Below are positions 39,963-50,769 of a stretch of DNA of 64,000 nt, piece after piece. This DNA comes from Candidatus Melainabacteria bacterium 17Bon1m. GTDB taxonomy: Bacteria > Cyanobacteriota > Vampirovibrionia > Obscuribacterales > Obscuribacteraceae. How positions within the stretch are numbered: position 1 is the stretch's first letter; the number at the start of each line of letters is the position of its first letter. Made by a program: the position numbers and the translations under genes. Below the pieces are notes generated by a model that saw only the letters and a program-made list of their open reading frames with translations, did no database searches and was not told where the DNA came from. The stretch covers positions 921,453-985,452 of the forward strand of contig JAVLKG010000001.1 of NCBI GenBank assembly GCA_032128875.1, given 5' to 3'.

Positions 39963-42707
39963 TCACGAAGAGATGTTCACCTTCCCTTGATATTTGAATA
40001 TCTCACTTTTGCCGCCCTTCAAGAGCGTTTCCGCATCCATCTGGGCAAATAACTGCATGAGTCTAGCCACGATTCCCGTCCATCCTGTTTGATGACTGGC
40101 GCCTAGACCAGCGCCATTGTCTCCATGGAAATATTCATAGAAGAGAATGTAATCGCGCCAGTGAGGATCTTCCTGGAATTTTTTCGTGCCACCGAATACG
40201 GGGCGCTGTCCCTGCGATGAACGAAGAAATATCCCGGACAGCCGGTTAGATAGTTCTCGAGCCACATCGAACAAGTTCAACCAGTTGTTTGAGCCGGTCG
40301 GAAACTCTACCTTAAAACTGTCACCATAATAGGCAAAATACTGCAGCAATGCTCGAATGATCATTGCGTTCACAGGGAACCAAATTGGACCACGCCAATT
40401 CGAATTTCCACCAAACAACCCGCTATTCGACTCAGCCGGCAAATAGTCGACACGAAACTCTTGCCCTGCTACATGCGCAACGAAAGGATGATCTGCATGG
40501 TAGCGCGAAAGTGATCGTATGCCGAAGGGGCTCAAGAACTCATTTTCATCTAGAAGTTTTGTCAGGATACGGCGCAGCCGCTCTTCATTGACGAGAGCTA
40601 AGATGCCTCGGTCGCCAACTCCCAGGTGGTCTGGACCGGTTTTGTGTACTGTTTCCAGTATTTCTGGCACCTGGCGTAAGCGTTCACGTATGTGCATGGT
40701 CGCGTTAGGAATCTGCTCGCGCTGGAAGGGCTCGATGACACTGACCGCACACAGGGGTAAAAGCCCAACCAAGGAACGAACTTTCAAGAGAGTAGATTTG
40801 CCGCTAGGCAGACGCAAAAGGTCATAATAGAACCCGTCTTGCTCGTCCCACATTCCAACGTCGTCTTGCCGGTTGACCGCGGCGGCAATCCAGATGAAGT
40901 GTTCACTATATTTGGTGGCAAATTCTTCATACACTGGGTCGTGACTAGAAAGTTCAATTGCGATCTCCAACATGTTTTGGCAAAACAACGCCATCCATGC
41001 AGTGCCATCTGCTTGCTCCAGATTACCTCCCGTTGGTAGAGGCGCGCTTCGATCGAAAACGCTTATGTTGTCTAGACCTAAGAAGCCTCCGTCAAAAACA
41101 TTCTTGCCGAAACGATCCTTGCGATTGACCCACCAGGCAAAATTCGAATTCAGCTTGCCAAATACTTTTCTTAGAAACTGTAAGTCACCTGCCCCTCGTT
41201 GCTGCTTCTCGGTGTTATACAGAAACAGGGCTGCCCAGGCGTGCACCGGAGGGTTCACGTCACCGAAGTTCCATTCGTAGGCTGGTATTTGTCCGTTTGG
41301 GTGCAAGTAAGCTGTGTTCAACATGAGAATCAATTGTTGCTTGGCAAATTCAATGTCAACCATGCCCAGTGCAAGTGTGTGAAACGCCAGGTCCCAGGCT
41401 GCATACCAGGGATACTCCCATTTGTCAGGCATTGAGACGACATCGTCGTTGATCATATGGAACCATTCTTTGTTGCGAATACTTGGTCCTTTGCCTTTGA
41501 TTGGATCGTAGCCGTGTTCTTTTAGCCATTCGAAACCGTTAAAGTTGTAATACTGCTTGCTCCAAAGCATGCCAGCCAGTGCCTGTCTCATGACTCTAGC
41601 TTCGTCCTTCGAAAATGCTTTGGGCGTAATAGATTCATAAAACTCGGCGGCTTCATTAGTCCTCAGTGAAAATACTTCTTCAAATTGATTTCCAAAGGCA
41701 CCATCGGATGGCAGCTTCTGAGGCTGCAGGTCGGTCAGGCGCAAGCGCAAGGTGCAGCTAGCTCCTGCTGGCACATTTAGCTGATAGTGCGGAGACACTT
41801 TCGTGCCGGTTTTCTCTGGGTTGATAGCGTCCTTCCGGTCTTGAGTTAGATAGTTGTTGATACCGTCTTTGGTGTATGGTGTCGTATTCGGTTGCCCAAT
41901 AATCCGCAGTCGATTGGTCTCATTGTTCGTGAACAGCAGAGGTACATCGCCTTCTGCGTACAGGTAGCGCTCTCCTAGTTTCCATTGGAATGCTTCTACG
42001 GCGGTGGTGCCGTTGCTTGCAGGCAATGCTTTGAGAACAGGCTTGTCTGCATCTTTCTTTTGAGACCATGTGTTTCGAAACCACAAAGTGGGAAGCACAT
42101 GCAGCGCCGCATCTTCATTGCCTCGATTGTAGATGCTAATCTTGATCAGAATGTCTTCCGGAGCCGCTTTTGCATACTCCACAAAGACATCGAAATAACG
42201 ATCGTCGTTGAACACCCCCGTATCGATGAGCTCGTACTCGAAATCCGTGCGGTTTCTATACCGATTGGCTGCGACAATCTGGTCATAGGGAAAAGCCTGC
42301 TGTGGATACTTGTACAGATATTTCATGTAAGAGTGCGTGGGTGTACTATCCAAATAGAAATAGTATTCCTTCACGTCCTCGCCATGGTTACCCTCGCCGT
42401 TGGTTAGACCAAATAGCCGCTCTTTGATGATTGGATCTTTGCCATTCCACAAAGCCAGAGAAAAACACAAGGTCTGCTTGTCGTCAGAGAAACCAGCCAG
42501 ACCGTCTTCTCCCCAGCGATAAGCCCTAGAACGCGCATGATCGTGAGGAAAGGATTCCCAGGCATTGCCTGATTCGCTGTAGTCTTCGCGAACGGTTCCC
42601 CATTGTCGTTCACTCAAATATGGTCCCCACCTCTTCCACGCGATCTTTTCGTCCCTCTCGGACTTCAGGCGCTGTGTTTCAGGGTTGCTCATGTGCAGGG
42701 GCCTCAT
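39963..42707 (-). CDS. MGH1-like / GH63 glucosidase
   Basis: WGPYLSERQWGTVREDYS, MPDKWEYPW, FLGLDNI, EYFHGD.G.GLGASHQTGWT. Confidence 0.9.
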   Translation of the reverse strand: MRPLHMSNPETQRLKSERDEKIAWKRWGPYLSERQWGTVREDYSESGNAWESFPHDHARSRAYRWGEDGLAGFSDDKQTLCFSLALWNGKDPIIKERLFGLTNGEGNHGEDVKEYYFYLDSTPTHSYMKYLYKYPQQAFPYDQIVAANRYRNRTDFEYELIDTGVFNDDRYFDVFVEYAKAAPEDILIKISIYNRGNEDAALHVLPTLWFRNTWSQKKDADKPVLKALPASNGTTAVEAFQWKLGERYLYAEGDVPLLFTNNETNRLRIIGQPNTTPYTKDGINNYLTQDRKDAINPEKTGTKVSPHYQLNVPAGASCTLRLRLTDLQPQKLPSDGAFGNQFEEVFSLRTNEAAEFYESITPKAFSKDEARVMRQALAGMLWSKQYYNFNGFEWLKEHGYDPIKGKGPSIRNKEWFHMINDDVVSMPDKWEYPWYAAWDLAFHTLALGMVDIEFAKQQLILMLNTAYLHPNGQIPAYEWNFGDVNPPVHAWAALFLYNTEKQQRGAGDLQFLRKVFGKLNSNFAWWVNRKDRFGKNVFDGGFLGLDNISVFDRSAPLPTGGNLEQADGTAWMALFCQNMLEIAIELSSHDPVYEEFATKYSEHFIWIAAAVNRQDDVGMWDEQDGFYYDLLRLPSGKSTLLKVRSLVGLLPLCAVSVIEPFQREQIPNATMHIRERLRQVPEILETVHKTGPDHLGVGDRGILALVNEERLRRILTKLLDENEFLSPFGIRSLSRYHADHPFVAHVAGQEFRVDYLPAESNSGLFGGNSNWRGPIWFPVNAMIIRALLQYFAYYGDSFKVEFPTGSNNWLNLFDVARELSNRLSGIFLRSSQGQRPVFGGTKKFQEDPHWRDYILFYEYFHGDNGAGLGASHQTGWTGIVARLMQLFAQMDAETLLKGGKSEIFKYQGKVNISS

Positions 42708-42889
42708 ACGGTTGGCTATCTAGTCTTAGATACCAATATGTTCTCGTCCTCCGCATCCCTGCGTATCGTCCGTGAGATTGTATTTGATGGCGTGGACCCA
42801 CAGTCAGACGCACATAAAGCTGCATTTTCCTATCATCTGATCGGACGATCGTGGGATAGATGAATGCTTCAATGCCAATGCCTTAATTG

Positions 42890-43456
42890 TCATGACAGTG
42901 TCATCATCAACAGGCCGTAGGGAGCTAGACCCTTTCGCGCTTCCTTCAGATCGAAACGCTCGGCATCAAAGCTTGGCAGTGTCGAACCGACCAAAGTTAA
43001 CTGTCTTACGAGACGCAGATAGCCAGGCACACCGCCACAGTCTTCAGGTGGGCAGGCACGCGCACCGGCGATGCAATCTGGGTAGAAACCCTTGGGAGCT
43101 GGTGGCAGGATGGCTTCAATCTCTAGTTCATGCCGCCAATCATCGCCGAAATCGTAGATGTACAAGAACTTGTCGCCTACTTGCAGATCAAAGAACTTGA
43201 GCTTGGATTTTGTGCCGCGTTCGCTGATGAGTGCACGGTCACCGTTTCCGTCGGGATCGCCATATCGCTTACCGGCGATTTCAAATTCATGCAAATGGCA
43301 GTTCTGCCAGCCGAACGCGCCCTGTATGCACTCGTGAACCTGTTCGAGCTTGATATTTCCTGGTAGCAAGAAACGGCGCCAAATCGCTGGCGTTATTCCG
43401 AGCAATGTTACTCGCACTTGAAAGACAACGGCACCGGGCTTGATTGTAGGAGACAA
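42890..43456 (-). CDS. Plasmid pRiA4b ORF-3 family protein
   Basis: IWRR, GW...HLHEF, YDFGDDW.H, CPPEDCGG. Confidence 0.9.
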   Translation of the reverse strand: MSPTIKPGAVVFQVRVTLLGITPAIWRRFLLPGNIKLEQVHECIQGAFGWQNCHLHEFEIAGKRYGDPDGNGDRALISERGTKSKLKFFDLQVGDKFLYIYDFGDDWRHELEIEAILPPAPKGFYPDCIAGARACPPEDCGGVPGYLRLVRQLTLVGSTLPSFDAERFDLKEARKGLAPYGLLMMTLS

Positions 43457-43594
43457 TGAGAATACCTCTCTAAAAGTTCACTGTTCGGCGCGCCCACCAT
43501 TTCTTTACTACGATTGAGCCTGCGAACTTGATTCTAGGATTAGTTACTTTGAACAATTCATCCAGTTAATCGCTGCAATGACTGTTCTCATCAA

Positions 43595-45937
43595 CTATTC
43601 CTCACCGACGCTGTTTTCCAAGAATACTATCGCCTGTTTTTTCAGTCTTTCGTATGCAGCCATTACATTGCTGCACAATTCACTGACTTTTTCCCAATCC
43701 GCATCGATTCCTTCTTTGTTCAGCACTTTGCTTTCTGCGTGGAGTTCTCCCGCTCGCAGACTGCCACATGAGCCTACCAGTTTATGCGAAATTGCTAAAA
43801 CTTCTTTTCGATCTTTATTGCCTAGTGCCGCCTGCAACTCTTGCATGTCGATATTGGTACAGTCAATCACGTTAGTAACCAATTTGCGCGCAGCAGCAAC
43901 CCCGAACATCCTAATCATCCAGTCGATATCAATGGGATTGCAGCTGTCTGCTCTTGTGGCGCTGCCAACTTTGTGCGAAGAGTCCATTGTCGATTCGGCT
44001 TGGTCTTTAGACTGTGGTGCGATAATTTTCGCCTGCAGTGTATTTTTCGCCATCTCTTTAGATAGTGTCTTAACCTTAGCTGGCGCTGGAAACTCATTAG
44101 TGTCGTTTGTCTTGCTCTCAGCCAATGGCAGCCATCGACTAAGCACCTCGGCAAGGTTTTTCAACTCGATCGGCTTAGTGACGTAGTCATCCATTCCGGC
44201 CGTCATGCACTCGTCCTTGTCGCCTTGCATCGCATTCGCGGTCATAGCGATGATTGGTATTCGCTCGGTTGAATCCGCTTCAAGTCTGCGAATTTCCGAT
44301 GCAGCCTCGAACCCGTCCATCTCTGGCATCTGACAATCCATCAAAATCGCGGCAAATTTGTTTGCTTTTATTGCATCGACTGCTTCTAGTCCGTTTGTGA
44401 CCAGATGTGCAAGTATTCCTAATTCTTGCAGTTGCAATTCTGCCAGCATTCGATTTGCAGAATGATCGTCTGCAATTAGAACCAATGCAGGTTTGAACGT
44501 GCTCAATTTTGTTTGTGCAGAGCTTGACGCGCCATCTGAATCAGCTTTTGATGTTGCAATTTGAAAAGGTAAGGTAAACCAAAATTTTGACCCTTTCCCT
44601 TTTTCACTTTCAACTCCAATTTGTCCGCCCATAAGCTCCACGAGTTGTTTGCAGATGCTGAGCCCGAGCCCCGTGCCACCATATTTGCGAGTTGTGGAAC
44701 CGTCAGCTTGTACGAAGGCTTGAAACAATTTGCCGATCTCTTCTGCATTAAGTCCAACGCCCTGATCTGAAACATTGAATTGGACCACTGTCGCGCCATT
44801 TGTTTCTTGCGTCGTACAGAAAACTTCAAGAGTGATAGTACCTTCGCTCGAGAATTTGACAGCATTGCTCAGGAGATTGATTAGAATTTGCCTAAGGCGC
44901 TCAGGATCACCATTGACTCGCTGAGGGACCTGGGCATCAACCTTTCTCACTAAGCGCAGCCCTTTTGCATGGCATTGGGCCGTCACTAGGTGCGTGACAC
45001 TTTCAAGAACTTTGGCGACATCGAAATCAATCATCTCGATCGACATCTTGCCTGCTTCGATTTTTGAGAAGTCGAGAATGTCGTTGATCAAGGAAAGCAA
45101 GCCTCTGCCTGCATCTCGAATATTTTCTAAAAAATTTCGATTTTCTCCATCGATATTTCTTCGAAGCAAAATTTCTGTGAACCCAATGATTGCATTAAGT
45201 GGTGTTCGAATTTCGTGGCTCATGTTCGCTAGAAATTCACTCTTGAGACGAGCTGCTTCCTCTACTTTTTGATTCTTCAGCTCTAACTCTTTGCCAGCGA
45301 ATTCTAGCTCGAGGAGCGCGGTCTCCAGCTGGGTGTTGCGAATTTCTAGTTCTTCCGTTCTTTCAGTTAAAGCTTCTTCCAACTTCTTGCGTCGTTCGAT
45401 TTCGAGCTGTTGTGCTAACGCACCGCCAAGCAAGCCAGCCATCAACTGCAGCGTGGTTACATCTTCTGTTGAGAATGCCTTCGTCTTGTTGGAAAGAACC
45501 TTCAACACTCCGACCGGCTCGCTGCTCATCATCAGCGGTACCAAGATCATTGAAGCCGCGCCTACCCTTTTGCAGGCAGCGAGATCGACTCGCGGATCAT
45601 TGGATGTGTCGTCGGAGCGCTTTATCTCGCGATCACGTAAGCAAAGACCTGTGAGGCTGTTAGCCATGGACAGTCGCACGCCGACATATGGGGCAACCGA
45701 CCCGCTGGTTGCCTTATAAACGATCTCGGTGCCTTCGACTATTTCGACGACACATCCTGTCGCAGGAGTGAGCTGAAGCATGCGCTCCACAACTTTGTCC
45801 ATGAATGCCTGTAGGTCAAACCCGGCAAGTGCCAACTCTGACTGGGTTTCGATAATCTGCTTCAGGTGCTCGGGAGACTGGCGATGGTCCGAAGAAGTGC
45901 TTGGCTCGTTTTTATCAGTTTTCTGCTCGGAATCCAT
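43595..45937 (-). CDS. Hybrid histidine kinase GAF-HisKA-HATPase-REC-Hpt
   Basis: [38 protein letters not shown]. Confidence 0.93.
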   Translation of the reverse strand: MDSEQKTDKNEPSTSSDHRQSPEHLKQIIETQSELALAGFDLQAFMDKVVERMLQLTPATGCVVEIVEGTEIVYKATSGSVAPYVGVRLSMANSLTGLCLRDREIKRSDDTSNDPRVDLAACKRVGAASMILVPLMMSSEPVGVLKVLSNKTKAFSTEDVTTLQLMAGLLGGALAQQLEIERRKKLEEALTERTEELEIRNTQLETALLELEFAGKELELKNQKVEEAARLKSEFLANMSHEIRTPLNAIIGFTEILLRRNIDGENRNFLENIRDAGRGLLSLINDILDFSKIEAGKMSIEMIDFDVAKVLESVTHLVTAQCHAKGLRLVRKVDAQVPQRVNGDPERLRQILINLLSNAVKFSSEGTITLEVFCTTQETNGATVVQFNVSDQGVGLNAEEIGKLFQAFVQADGSTTRKYGGTGLGLSICKQLVELMGGQIGVESEKGKGSKFWFTLPFQIATSKADSDGASSSAQTKLSTFKPALVLIADDHSANRMLAELQLQELGILAHLVTNGLEAVDAIKANKFAAILMDCQMPEMDGFEAASEIRRLEADSTERIPIIAMTANAMQGDKDECMTAGMDDYVTKPIELKNLAEVLSRWLPLAESKTNDTNEFPAPAKVKTLSKEMAKNTLQAKIIAPQSKDQAESTMDSSHKVGSATRADSCNPIDIDWMIRMFGVAAARKLVTNVIDCTNIDMQELQAALGNKDRKEVLAISHKLVGSCGSLRAGELHAESKVLNKEGIDADWEKVSELCSNVMAAYERLKKQAIVFLENSVGEE

Positions 45938-46101
45938 GTTTCAAAGACCAGATGGCGCGAAATTCGATTATAGCCGTGAGCGCAGCCTAATCCAAGCTTT
46001 AGAGGGTAAAGTGGCGGTAACAGGGAAGTAAGACTAAGTAGAGCTGAAGTCATTTCCTGACGTAAAATGTGACCTCCCTTCTTCCCTTTAAGTAGGCGAA
46101 C

Positions 46102-46860
46102 ATGACTTCGAGAGATCCAGAGCGCAAATCTTCGATAACGTTTCACGAACCCATGCAGTTCTACTGCCAGCTTGACGAAGATCACTTTTTCGAATGGCTA
46201 AAGCAGATTGATGGAGTAGTTGAATTTCGTGGAAACCTAACAGAATTGATGGTTTCCTTGTCGGTGTCATACCTCACTGAGCCTGCGTTGCGAGATTTAA
46301 TTGGATTGTTGTACCGGTATAACTTACCGATGGGAGCATTGCAATCTCAGCTTACGCCGGAAAACGAGCATTGGTTTAAGAATCGGGAGGCCTATTGGTA
46401 TGCGGCTGTTTTCGAACGCGGACGAACGCTCCATGACCAGTCACTCTTACTGGATATTGTTTGGGAAGATGACTACATGATCGAAATTGAGTGTGCAGTT
46501 CGTTCAGGTTCGTGGTCTGCTCAATCGCGTGCATACGCACAACGGCCACAACTCGCTGAGTTTTCCACTAACCTCAAAGAATTCGCAAAGCGGTGTGAAG
46601 GAGCTGCAGTTTTTCAGGTTGGAGCTGCGAATGCTGGTTCAATAAAACTTAGTTTCTACTCCTACGACAAGTCAAAGCATATAGCTTGCTTTGTAGAGTT
46701 GAGCGCTGCTGCTGCTACGAACTTTCCGAGAGCGGAAGAAATATCACGCTCCTCCTTTGAGGTCCACACCGAAGCTAGCTTTGTCGATTTATTTACTAAA
46801 AGTTTGGACTCTGTTGCGAGCGGGCTTCATAATGAAGCAACTCTCCGCCTCGTATTGTGA
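46102..46860 (+). CDS. Two-domain hypothetical protein (N-terminal domain shared with 33018-33704)
   Basis: FYCQLDEDHFF domain at the N-terminus; AAGGG/AGG purine tract upstream is weak, so start rests on the ORF. Confidence 0.7.
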   Translation: MTSRDPERKSSITFHEPMQFYCQLDEDHFFEWLKQIDGVVEFRGNLTELMVSLSVSYLTEPALRDLIGLLYRYNLPMGALQSQLTPENEHWFKNREAYWYAAVFERGRTLHDQSLLLDIVWEDDYMIEIECAVRSGSWSAQSRAYAQRPQLAEFSTNLKEFAKRCEGAAVFQVGAANAGSIKLSFYSYDKSKHIACFVELSAAAATNFPRAEEISRSSFEVHTEASFVDLFTKSLDSVASGLHNEATLRLVL

Positions 46861-46941
46861 TTTATGCTATAGATTTCAAATGAAGAGATTTGGGAATTCT
46901 TGCGGGCTGTAAACCTTAGGATCTTGGAGTAAAGCGAACAA

Positions 46942-47661
46942 GTGGCCGACGATTGGTGCCAAAAGCTAGTACGAAAACTCCGATCTATTGTCGGTGGTTC
47001 AACATTTGACGAAGCGAGCAAGCGAGAAAATGCGTCTGTCGTGAATATTCAAATGACGTTTGATTTGACTCGCCCGACCAATCCAAATTTAGGGCTGCCT
47101 CCTCATGCAGTGCCTGGGCTGTCCACGATTAAAGAGTTGGTTCGCAAGCTGAAGTACAAGACAGTAGATGAGTTGGTTGGATTGAAGGTTGAACTCAGTT
47201 CTTTGGAGCGTGTAGAAGAAGAGCTCCGAATCATCATTCAAGAACATGGCATACAGCTTGATGAAACCGTTAGCAATTCGGGCGTGTTCGTCTTTTTAAA
47301 GTATGGATTTTTGGATATTGAATTTGCTGTACGGAATACTGCACTAGTGCCAGAGGTTCAGCGAGTGCGCTTTCTGAAAGAAATGGGATTCTTGCCTGAT
47401 AAAGAGTTTGTAGATGACTCAATTTTTCATGATGCCGGACTTGGATTTTTAGAGGAAATGCTAGAAGAAGCCCGGGAGGGCAAGCTGTTGTTCAAAATCA
47501 AGTTAGATAGCGTTGGTAGTTATAGAGGAGCGCACGGTGTTTCTGAGGAGAAGTTGCTGAAAGAAAGTCCAGCTCAGTATTTTCCCTGCGAATTCATTGT
47601 GCGAGATGCATGTCTCACGAATTGTGGATTGATCTGGCTCAACAAGCACTTTTATCTTTGA
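46942..47661 (+). CDS. Hypothetical protein (start uncertain)
   Basis: 239-aa ORF. Confidence 0.55.
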   Translation: MADDWCQKLVRKLRSIVGGSTFDEASKRENASVVNIQMTFDLTRPTNPNLGLPPHAVPGLSTIKELVRKLKYKTVDELVGLKVELSSLERVEEELRIIIQEHGIQLDETVSNSGVFVFLKYGFLDIEFAVRNTALVPEVQRVRFLKEMGFLPDKEFVDDSIFHDAGLGFLEEMLEEAREGKLLFKIKLDSVGSYRGAHGVSEEKLLKESPAQYFPCEFIVRDACLTNCGLIWLNKHFYL

Positions 47662-47705
47662 TCTAACAGATGGCGTTGCTGTAGTTCCGTTTAGAGGCGT
47701 GCGAG

Positions 47706-48143
47706 TCAAAGCAACTCTTCTGCCAGTGCGACGATGATTCCCGCGGGACCTCGCACGTAGCAGAGTTTGTACATGTTCTCGTATTTAACGAGTTTTCCGA
47801 TAAGTTCCGCTCCGTGTGCACGCAAGCGCTCCAGCGTATCGTCGAGATCGTCGACTGCAAACATAATTTGTCGAAGACCTAACGTGTTCGGTGGAGCAAT
47901 AGCCGGAACTACCTCAATCAATTCTGGACTGCGAAACTTCGTCAGTTCAACCTTTGAATTTCCATCGGGAGTCCGCATCATCGTGATGTCGACTTTGACG
48001 CCTTCGAGGCCGTTGAGTTGATCCACCCATTTGCCTTCGACCGGCATCGATCCCTCAAGCTCCATTCCAAGCGTGGTGAAGAATGCAACCGCTGCCGGAA
48101 GATCGTCGACGATTACGCTGACATGGTCCATTCTTTTGATCAT
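47706..48143 (-). CDS. VOC / glyoxalase family protein
   Basis: DHVSVIV.DL..A.AFF..LG, VELTKF, FAVDDLD, YVRGP.GI. Confidence 0.9.
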   Translation of the reverse strand: MIKRMDHVSVIVDDLPAAVAFFTTLGMELEGSMPVEGKWVDQLNGLEGVKVDITMMRTPDGNSKVELTKFRSPELIEVVPAIAPPNTLGLRQIMFAVDDLDDTLERLRAHGAELIGKLVKYENMYKLCYVRGPAGIIVALAEELL

Positions 48144-48216
48144 CGAGTTGCTTCCATTCCTTTATAGGAAAAATTCTAGTTGGAAAAGTCGCGAAAAGAC
48201 TTTTACCACACGTTGC

Positions 48217-49452
48217 TTAATCTGAATTGGACTCAGGCGGAGCCCAGTATATTCGTTCTTGCGCAAAGTATTTTCCTGTGGGTGCGCCCCATAGCTTTAA
48301 CAATGGCTTGGTTCCATCTTTAGCAAAGGGAACAACAACAGCCAAACCTTCGGAGAAATCGCCACCGTACGCATACTGTGGCGAAACCACAACATCACCC
48401 TTTGAATTTATGTATCCTACCTTTCCATTAAGAGTAAAAGCTGCAAGTCCCTCTGAAAAATCTCTATAGTCTTCGGATACTGGCTTAACGACAATATGAC
48501 CCTTACGGTCAAGATAGCCATGCTTAAATCCTTCATCTATCACGCTTGTTCCGTATGCAAAGGTGGTCTCACTTTTGTACTTCTCTGTTTCGCTAGAGAA
48601 AGAGCATAATCCCTCGGAGAAACGGTTCGCGATGTGGGGCAGGGTCAGAGCAGTCTCATCTGCCGTATTAACAAAGGTCGCCTTTGATTTTCCGATGGAG
48701 TCTTTGGACGCTTTGTGGGCAAGCCCTTCGAAAAACTGCGTGCGGACATCGTCTCCCAAACTAATTTTCCAATCTCCCTTCTTGTCGATGTAGCCATACG
48801 TCGCTTGCTTAGGCGAAACTTGAAGACCAGCGACCACAAGCGCACAGCCTTCTGAGAACGCGTTCAAGTTTTGCCACCAAACATTTGGAATCGATGCCGC
48901 GAGCTTTCCCGTTACGTCGATCTGCGGTTCTCCTGTGTGATCAATGTATTGAAATCTTTGACCTTCAGCCAGTACTAGTGCAAGACCGTCTGAGAATGAG
49001 TCACCGCCAAGAAAAGTCGGTGCAATAACCCACTTTCCGCTTTTGTCAACATATCCATGGCACGCTCCTTTTCCTTTTTCGACCTTTGTGCTGACGGCGG
49101 CTAAGCCCTCTGAAAATGGGTAAGCGCTGTAGGCTGAAATGGAGAATTTTGTTTTCCCCGAGTGGTCTATGTATCGAAAAGATTGGACATCATAGTCATC
49201 GCGATACTCATCGCAAACTAGCGCGAGACCTTCGTGGAAGCTGTCTCCATAATATCCAACACCGTCAAGCGCTTTCTTTCCTGTTTTGTCAATGTAAAAA
49301 TAGTTGATTGGCTCACTTGCAATTGGGCGGGCGGAATAGGTCGAACAGCCCGTTATTGCAATGGCCAAAAACACTGATGACAGTGATTGGAGGAACCAAG
49401 TGAGGCGACGTCTTACTTGCCGAGACAATTTCGCCTTCATCATTATTTGCAT
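48217..49452 (-). CDS. WG-repeat (KWG-Leptospira-like) putative lipoprotein
   Basis: Repeated FSEGLA..GYID..G; ITGC lipobox-like motif. Confidence 0.85.
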   Translation of the reverse strand: MQIMMKAKLSRQVRRRLTWFLQSLSSVFLAIAITGCSTYSARPIASEPINYFYIDKTGKKALDGVGYYGDSFHEGLALVCDEYRDDYDVQSFRYIDHSGKTKFSISAYSAYPFSEGLAAVSTKVEKGKGACHGYVDKSGKWVIAPTFLGGDSFSDGLALVLAEGQRFQYIDHTGEPQIDVTGKLAASIPNVWWQNLNAFSEGCALVVAGLQVSPKQATYGYIDKKGDWKISLGDDVRTQFFEGLAHKASKDSIGKSKATFVNTADETALTLPHIANRFSEGLCSFSSETEKYKSETTFAYGTSVIDEGFKHGYLDRKGHIVVKPVSEDYRDFSEGLAAFTLNGKVGYINSKGDVVVSPQYAYGGDFSEGLAVVVPFAKDGTKPLLKLWGAPTGKYFAQERIYWAPPESNSD

Positions 49453-49453
49453 A

Positions 49454-49770
49454 TCAAAATTCTTCCAAATCTTTAGTCCACTCTTCTAAGAATTTACGCA
49501 AATCACTTCGCTCCGCGATTCGTTCAAGAGATGGAAAACCAGCAAAGCGAAAACAAAGGCGCAGATAGTCAACGAAGTAAGAGCCTTCCATCCATTTTCT
49601 TCTAGCCTTGTGGCTAGGCGGTTTGCGTTGCGTGCCACTCGCTTCATGGTTTCTGTAGCGACAAGCCAGGCTTCCTCTCGTTGTCCATCGGTCAGCTGCT
49701 CTGAGACGCGAAGTTCGTTCCAAACTGCATGGTACTCACCATTCATATAGCGATCAAATAAGGTTGGCAT
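49454..49770 (-). pseudogene. Frameshifted, probably internally deleted gene
   Basis: MPTLFDRY..GEY..VW.EL..VA.ETM.RV..N..L joined out of frame to FVDYLR..F.FAGFP near 49580. Confidence 0.55.
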
Positions 49771-49789
49771 TCTTTGGGATAAACCTCTC

Positions 49790-50122
49790 TCAATTCCGCA
49801 GAAAATCAATTACAAACACGTCTTCGACGAAGGGTAACAACAAGTCCACGAACTTCTTGTGCTCGGGATGCACTAAGTATTCATCGCGGGCTGTACCATC
49901 TTTGAAGGTTATGAGGAAGCAGTGAGTGAAACCTTTTGCAAGGTTTTCTGGGCTAACATTCGTGCCCCACTCGAGATCGGATACTTGCGAAATCATCGAG
50001 CGTAGCGCGCTAAACTCTTGCTCAACCTGGGCAATTTGCGCGACTGTCGTGCTCTGCTTGAACTTGAGAATAACAATGTGTCGCAACTGGTTCTGCATCT
50101 CTGCTTTGATGTTTGTGTCCAT
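49790..50122 (-). CDS. Dabb (stress-responsive A/B barrel) protein
   Basis: RHIVILKFK, WGTNVSPE..KGFTH, YL.HPEH. Confidence 0.9.
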   Translation of the reverse strand: MDTNIKAEMQNQLRHIVILKFKQSTTVAQIAQVEQEFSALRSMISQVSDLEWGTNVSPENLAKGFTHCFLITFKDGTARDEYLVHPEHKKFVDLLLPFVEDVFVIDFLRN

Positions 50123-50159
50123 TTGATCTTCGAGTTTGATTTGACTGACTTGTGTACGT

Positions 50160-50741
50160 CTACGACTTCTTCGAATTCAATGCTTTGGCCTTTTTGAAAA
50201 GCTCGTTGCATTCGGACTCCAAAACTCCGCCTATAATCGCACACTTGCCATATCGTGATGCATCAATAACTGTCTGTGCTCTGATGTCGATCTGTCCGAA
50301 GTCACATGATTGCAGAAATGGAATTGAGCTGCCGTAGACAACAAGCGGCATCTTTGTCCAGATGATCGCAGACTGGCACATCGGACACGATTCGCCGGTT
50401 GTATAAAGTGCCATCTCACTCCAGTTGAAGCCGGTGTCAGTATCTGGGCAATTGTGCAACGCCGTCATCTCGCCATGCCATATTGGATTTTTCTCGACGC
50501 GCACCCAGCCTTCCGACATCACTTTCTTCGTTTTGATGTTTATTACTATTGCGCCGAAAGGACAATTCGGCACTTTGTGTGCTTGCTCTATCGCAAGTCG
50601 CATGAATTTCTCGTGATCGAGATCTTTCAATTCGCTAGGTAGAACGCTTTTGGCAGCTAACACCGGAGATTCGACGTTTGCTGCTACAAGCGCAGCGGCT
50701 CCCGACAGCAAAACAGTGCGCCGGCTGATTTTGTTTTCCAT
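50160..50741 (-). CDS. Zn-dependent nucleoside/nucleobase deaminase with Tat signal
   Basis: SRRTVLL twin-Arg signal; PFGAIV, HGE, LYTT.ESCPMC. Confidence 0.85.
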   Translation of the reverse strand: MENKISRRTVLLSGAAALVAANVESPVLAAKSVLPSELKDLDHEKFMRLAIEQAHKVPNCPFGAIVINIKTKKVMSEGWVRVEKNPIWHGEMTALHNCPDTDTGFNWSEMALYTTGESCPMCQSAIIWTKMPLVVYGSSIPFLQSCDFGQIDIRAQTVIDASRYGKCAIIGGVLESECNELFKKAKALNSKKS

Positions 50742-50769
50742 ATTCGCCTACCCGTGAATGAAACGTTGC

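Noticed and set aside
47662-47705. Integron attC site (ATCTAAC after a stop codon)
   Set aside because: No matching GTTRRRY core or adequate hairpin; no integron integrase.
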